A stretch of 64,000 bases of DNA, from positions 128,001-192,000 of the forward strand of contig CAVSHF010000005.1 in the NCBI GenBank assembly GCA_963727805.1, in the 5' to 3' direction. Of this stretch, positions 60,490 to 64,000 are shown in pieces. Each line of letters begins with the position of its first letter. The stretch's first letter is position 1. Below the pieces are notes generated by a model. That model was given only the letters and a program-made list of their open reading frames with translations. It had not been told where the DNA came from and did not search any database. Source of the DNA: an uncultured Nitrospiraceae bacterium. GTDB lineage: Bacteria > Nitrospirota > Thermodesulfovibrionia > Thermodesulfovibrionales > Dissulfurispiraceae. The position numbers and the translations under genes were made by a program.

Positions 60490-62634
60490 ATGGCTGACAG
60501 GATAATTAGGGAAACAGAAGAAGAGAGCGCTGCTACAACACCCCGCACCAGGACACACGCACCAGGCGGTAGAAACATCAGCGGCCAAGGCCGCCAACAC
60601 CGCAAAATAAGTGTGATCATCGGCGTCCTCGCGATACTGGGAAGCATTTATCTCGCCGTTGCTCTGGGTTCCTTCAATAGATGGGATCCCTCGTTCTCTA
60701 CCTTTTCGAATAGATTGGTTCAAAATTACGGCGGCATTGTCGGCGCTTATCTTTCGGATCTGATAGTGGAGACCGTCGGATTTCCGGGATATCTCGTTCC
60801 GGTTTTCCTGTTCATTTTTGGAATAAGAAAAATCCTCGGTAAAGAGCGAAATCTCTTCCATAGCCTGGGGACGCTTCTCCTCATTCCAGCCCTTGCGATG
60901 CTGGTGGAACTGATTTCGCAGACAACCTCACGTTCTTTCGATCCCTCGGGAGGGCTCATCGGACTGCTCCTTTTCAACATCTTCGAGGGATTGCTGTCGA
61001 TGGTCGGTGCTTACATCTTTTGTGTTGCGCTCATTGCCGTTGCTCTAATCCTCATTAGCCCCGTCTCGATCTTCTCCTTTATCGTCGAGAGGAACAAAGA
61101 AAAGAAGACGGAGGAGAGGCATGTTGTAGAGCACGATGAGCAGGAGTTGGATATCGAGGAAGAACATCCCGAAGAATTTACCATACGTGAGACGAAAACA
61201 AGAACGGCGATCCCCCTGCGTCCGGTAATCAGAAAGGCCGACGAAACGGGGTACCAATTGCCGCCTCTCGAATTTCTTAAAGACCCAGACGAATTTCCCG
61301 GTCCCACAAAAGAAGAGCTAACGTCCGCGGCCTCGGGACTCGAACGAAAGCTCGCCGACTTCGGCGTCATGGGCAAGATTAAGCAGGCCCATCCGGGGCC
61401 CGTGGTTACGATGTTTGAGTTCGAACCGGCGGCCGGCGTAAAGATAAACAGGATCGTCTCACTCGCCGATGACCTTGCTTTGTCGCTCAGAGCGCCCAGC
61501 ATCAGGGTCTATCCCATCGCCGGCAAGGCAACGATTGGTCTCGAAGTGCCCAACCGCCAGCGTGCTTCGGTTTCGCTCAAAGAGATCATCTCATCAGAAG
61601 TATTCCAGAAAAGTTCGTCGCTGCTTACCCTCGCCCTGGGAAAGGACATCTTTGGTAACCCGGTTGTCACAGACTTGGCACGAATGCCCCACCTATTGGT
61701 CGCCGGTGCTACCGGTTCCGGGAAAAGCGTTTCCATCAATGCAATGATCACAAGTATGCTTTATAAGGCTACGCCGAACGAAGTCAAGATGCTAATGATT
61801 GACCCGAAACTGCTCGAACTGTCCGCCTATTCGGATATACCTCATCTCATCTCGCCGGTCATCACGAGTCCGAAAGATGCCTCGGATGCCCTGAAAAAAA
61901 TGGTGCTCGAAATGGAACGGCGTTACCGGCTCCTTGCGGAACAGGGGACAAGGAACATAGAAAATTTCAACCGTCAAGTCTCTCCTTCGGAACGACTTCC
62001 TTACATCGTCGTCTTCATTGATGAACTTGCAGACCTCATGTTCACCGCACCTGCAGATGTCGAAAACGCGATCGCGCGACTTGCCCAGATGGCGAGGGCG
62101 TCCGGGATTCATCTTATACTCGCGACTCAGCGGCCTTCGGTTGATGTTATAACGGGGTTGATCAAAGCGAACTTCCCGGCGAGGATATCGTTTCAGGTCA
62201 CTTCCAAGATCGATTCGCGCACTATCCTTGACTCCATGGGTGCGGAGAAGCTTCTCGGTATGGGAGATATGCTCTACATGATTCCGGGCGTCAAGATAGT
62301 CCGTATACACGGCGCCTACATCAGCGATACGGAAGTGAAAGAGATAACGAATTTCGTAAAAGGGCAGGGCACTCCGGACTATACCTCTTTCGAGAGCATC
62401 ACCGTCATCGATGGCAAGTTGAGTGATGATCAGCAGAATGAGAGGGACGAGATGTATCAGCGCGTTGTTGACTTTGCTGAATCTGCTGGCGAGGTATCGA
62501 TCTCTTCTATCCAGAGAAGGTTTAAGATTGGATACAATAAAGCGGCCACCATTATGGAGCTTCTTGAGGAAGATGGTTTCGTGGGACCGCCCAAAGGCGC
62601 AGGCAAACCAAGGGAATTTTTAAGGAGAAGATGA
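60490..62634 (+). CDS. ftsK: DNA translocase FtsK
   Basis: 4TM N-terminus; HLLVAGATGSGKS, IDELADL, ATQRPS; gamma domain IQRRFKIGYN. Confidence 0.96.
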   Translation: MADRIIRETEEESAATTPRTRTHAPGGRNISGQGRQHRKISVIIGVLAILGSIYLAVALGSFNRWDPSFSTFSNRLVQNYGGIVGAYLSDLIVETVGFPGYLVPVFLFIFGIRKILGKERNLFHSLGTLLLIPALAMLVELISQTTSRSFDPSGGLIGLLLFNIFEGLLSMVGAYIFCVALIAVALILISPVSIFSFIVERNKEKKTEERHVVEHDEQELDIEEEHPEEFTIRETKTRTAIPLRPVIRKADETGYQLPPLEFLKDPDEFPGPTKEELTSAASGLERKLADFGVMGKIKQAHPGPVVTMFEFEPAAGVKINRIVSLADDLALSLRAPSIRVYPIAGKATIGLEVPNRQRASVSLKEIISSEVFQKSSSLLTLALGKDIFGNPVVTDLARMPHLLVAGATGSGKSVSINAMITSMLYKATPNEVKMLMIDPKLLELSAYSDIPHLISPVITSPKDASDALKKMVLEMERRYRLLAEQGTRNIENFNRQVSPSERLPYIVVFIDELADLMFTAPADVENAIARLAQMARASGIHLILATQRPSVDVITGLIKANFPARISFQVTSKIDSRTILDSMGAEKLLGMGDMLYMIPGVKIVRIHGAYISDTEVKEITNFVKGQGTPDYTSFESITVIDGKLSDDQQNERDEMYQRVVDFAESAGEVSISSIQRRFKIGYNKAATIMELLEEDGFVGPPKGAGKPREFLRRR

Positions 62635-62635
62635 T

Positions 62636-63316
62636 ATGAAAATAGAAGTCGGACTCCCCATACGAAAAGCTGGAAGTTATAACCGCCCAGGAAAGTTTAT
62701 ACTTTTTCACTCGTTGTTCGCCGCACTATTCACGGTGATGTTCTTCACGCCTTGCCTGGCGCAGGAAGATCAAGTAACGAAAATACAGAAAGCCTATGAG
62801 GATATAAAGGATATTAGCGGGAACTTTGTACAGAAGAGTTCTATCAAGGACCTTAAACGGACCGATACTTACATTGGCAGGTTCTTTATAAAGCCACCCA
62901 AGATGAAATGGGAATATACTGGCGAAAAGCCTCAGGTCATCTACATCAAGGGAGACGAAATATTAATCTATCAGAAGAAAGAGAACCAAATCATCAAATC
63001 GAAATTTGACCGGGCCACTTATGGACAGGCGCCAATTGCACTTCTTGCTGGATTTGGCGATATCAGACGGGATTTCGTCGTCATCTCAGATTCTCCTGAC
63101 CGCCTTATGATAAAACCCCGGAAATCGATGGGGAACATAGATTATATAGAGGTCACGCCCTCCGACAATGCTTTTCCAATCAAGGCCCTGATCATCGTGG
63201 ATAGCCTTTTGAACAGGATCGAGATTACGCTGAAGGATGTAAAGACAAATACCGGCCTCAATAATTCGCTCTTTAATTTCACTCCGCCAAAAGATGCGAC
63301 AATGCTGGGGCACTGA
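62636..63316 (+). CDS. lolA: Outer membrane lipoprotein chaperone LolA
   Basis: Follows ftsK; signal peptide; GNFVQ, KPPKMKWEY and FNFTPP. Confidence 0.85.
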   Translation: MKIEVGLPIRKAGSYNRPGKFILFHSLFAALFTVMFFTPCLAQEDQVTKIQKAYEDIKDISGNFVQKSSIKDLKRTDTYIGRFFIKPPKMKWEYTGEKPQVIYIKGDEILIYQKKENQIIKSKFDRATYGQAPIALLAGFGDIRRDFVVISDSPDRLMIKPRKSMGNIDYIEVTPSDNAFPIKALIIVDSLLNRIEITLKDVKTNTGLNNSLFNFTPPKDATMLGH

Positions 63317-63332
63317 ACCGTACTTAACCCCA

Positions 63333-63896
63333 ATGGATATTGCACAACAAATCAGATACAAAAGGGCTTCCCCGTCTGATTATGACGGCATTCTCAATCT
63401 ACAGAAGGGGAACCTACTTGTGAATCTCAGCTCGAAGCAGGCAGAGGACGGCTTTCTGTTCGTCGAATTCAGTGAAAAGCAAATTGATGAAATCAACCGT
63501 GACCTGTGTGTAATTGTCGCAGAATCGGGAAGTGAGATCGTCGGTTACCTCTGCGGGACATCCTGCCGATACGGCACACAATTCCCTATTCTGCAAACCA
63601 TGATAGGCAGGCTCAACAAGTTGGCTCTTGATGGGAATCGATTGACGGAAGAAAATACCTTCATCTACGGACCCGTCTGTATAGGAAAACCTGCAAGAGG
63701 CTCCGGCATATTAAACGGCCTTTATCAGGCGCTGAAAGAGATTGCGTCTTTGAGCTATGCTTTCTGCATCTTGTTCATATCGGACAAGAATCCGCGCTCG
63801 ATTAATGCACACCTTAAATTAGGAATGAACCGACTTGGAGTTTTTGAATTCAACAATGGCCTGTTCCACATCATGGGCTCATCTCTCAACAGATGA
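63333..63896 (+). CDS. GNAT-family acetyltransferase
   Basis: Motif A YGPVCI..ARGSG; NPRSINAH.KLG. Confidence 0.8.
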   Translation: MDIAQQIRYKRASPSDYDGILNLQKGNLLVNLSSKQAEDGFLFVEFSEKQIDEINRDLCVIVAESGSEIVGYLCGTSCRYGTQFPILQTMIGRLNKLALDGNRLTEENTFIYGPVCIGKPARGSGILNGLYQALKEIASLSYAFCILFISDKNPRSINAHLKLGMNRLGVFEFNNGLFHIMGSSLNR

Positions 63897-64000
63897 TATT
63901 TCTTATGTCATCAAAACGCATTATTCAATAATCTCTGAAGAATTCTATTTCCTCCAAAACTGGACCTGGCAGTGACCGCACTCGTTGATGAGAGTCCATC

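Overview
This is a chromosomal segment from an anaerobic, Gram-negative bacterium. Gene order and protein style suggest Nitrospirota (Thermodesulfovibrionia-like) or a deltaproteobacterial relative; that placement is inference only. The backbone is housekeeping: trmFO-xerC-hslV-hslU-rlpA-argB, ilvE, gatA-gatB, rluD, tRNA-Arg(ACG), rpsU-yqeY-NIF3-like-dnaG-rpoD-tRNA-Ile2(CAU), LysR/selD, rho, lemA, copA, rnj, ldtD/mepK-like, ftsK-lolA. Accessory patches include a PAS histidine kinase/response regulator pair, intact IS630 and IS4 elements, three stand-alone PilZ genes beside a tRNA-Val 3' relic, several decayed signalling genes, a TetR-led efflux operon and a 2-oxoacid oxidoreductase operon. The most notable observations are: (1) selD is a selenoprotein gene (UGA at codon 14 plus a SECIS hairpin) that the ORF track truncates; (2) the oxidoreductase delta subunit is fused around a GltD/NfnB-like NAD(P)-flavin module; (3) an in-frame deletion joins an RND adaptor N-terminus to an RND transporter C-terminus; (4) a 414-codon stop-free alternative frame overlaps the IS4 transposase; (5) an extended -10/N6-7/ATG leaderless start architecture recurs; (6) an orphan kinase has a Rossmann-fold/PAS/PAS input. 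No CRISPR array, rRNA or prophage was seen.
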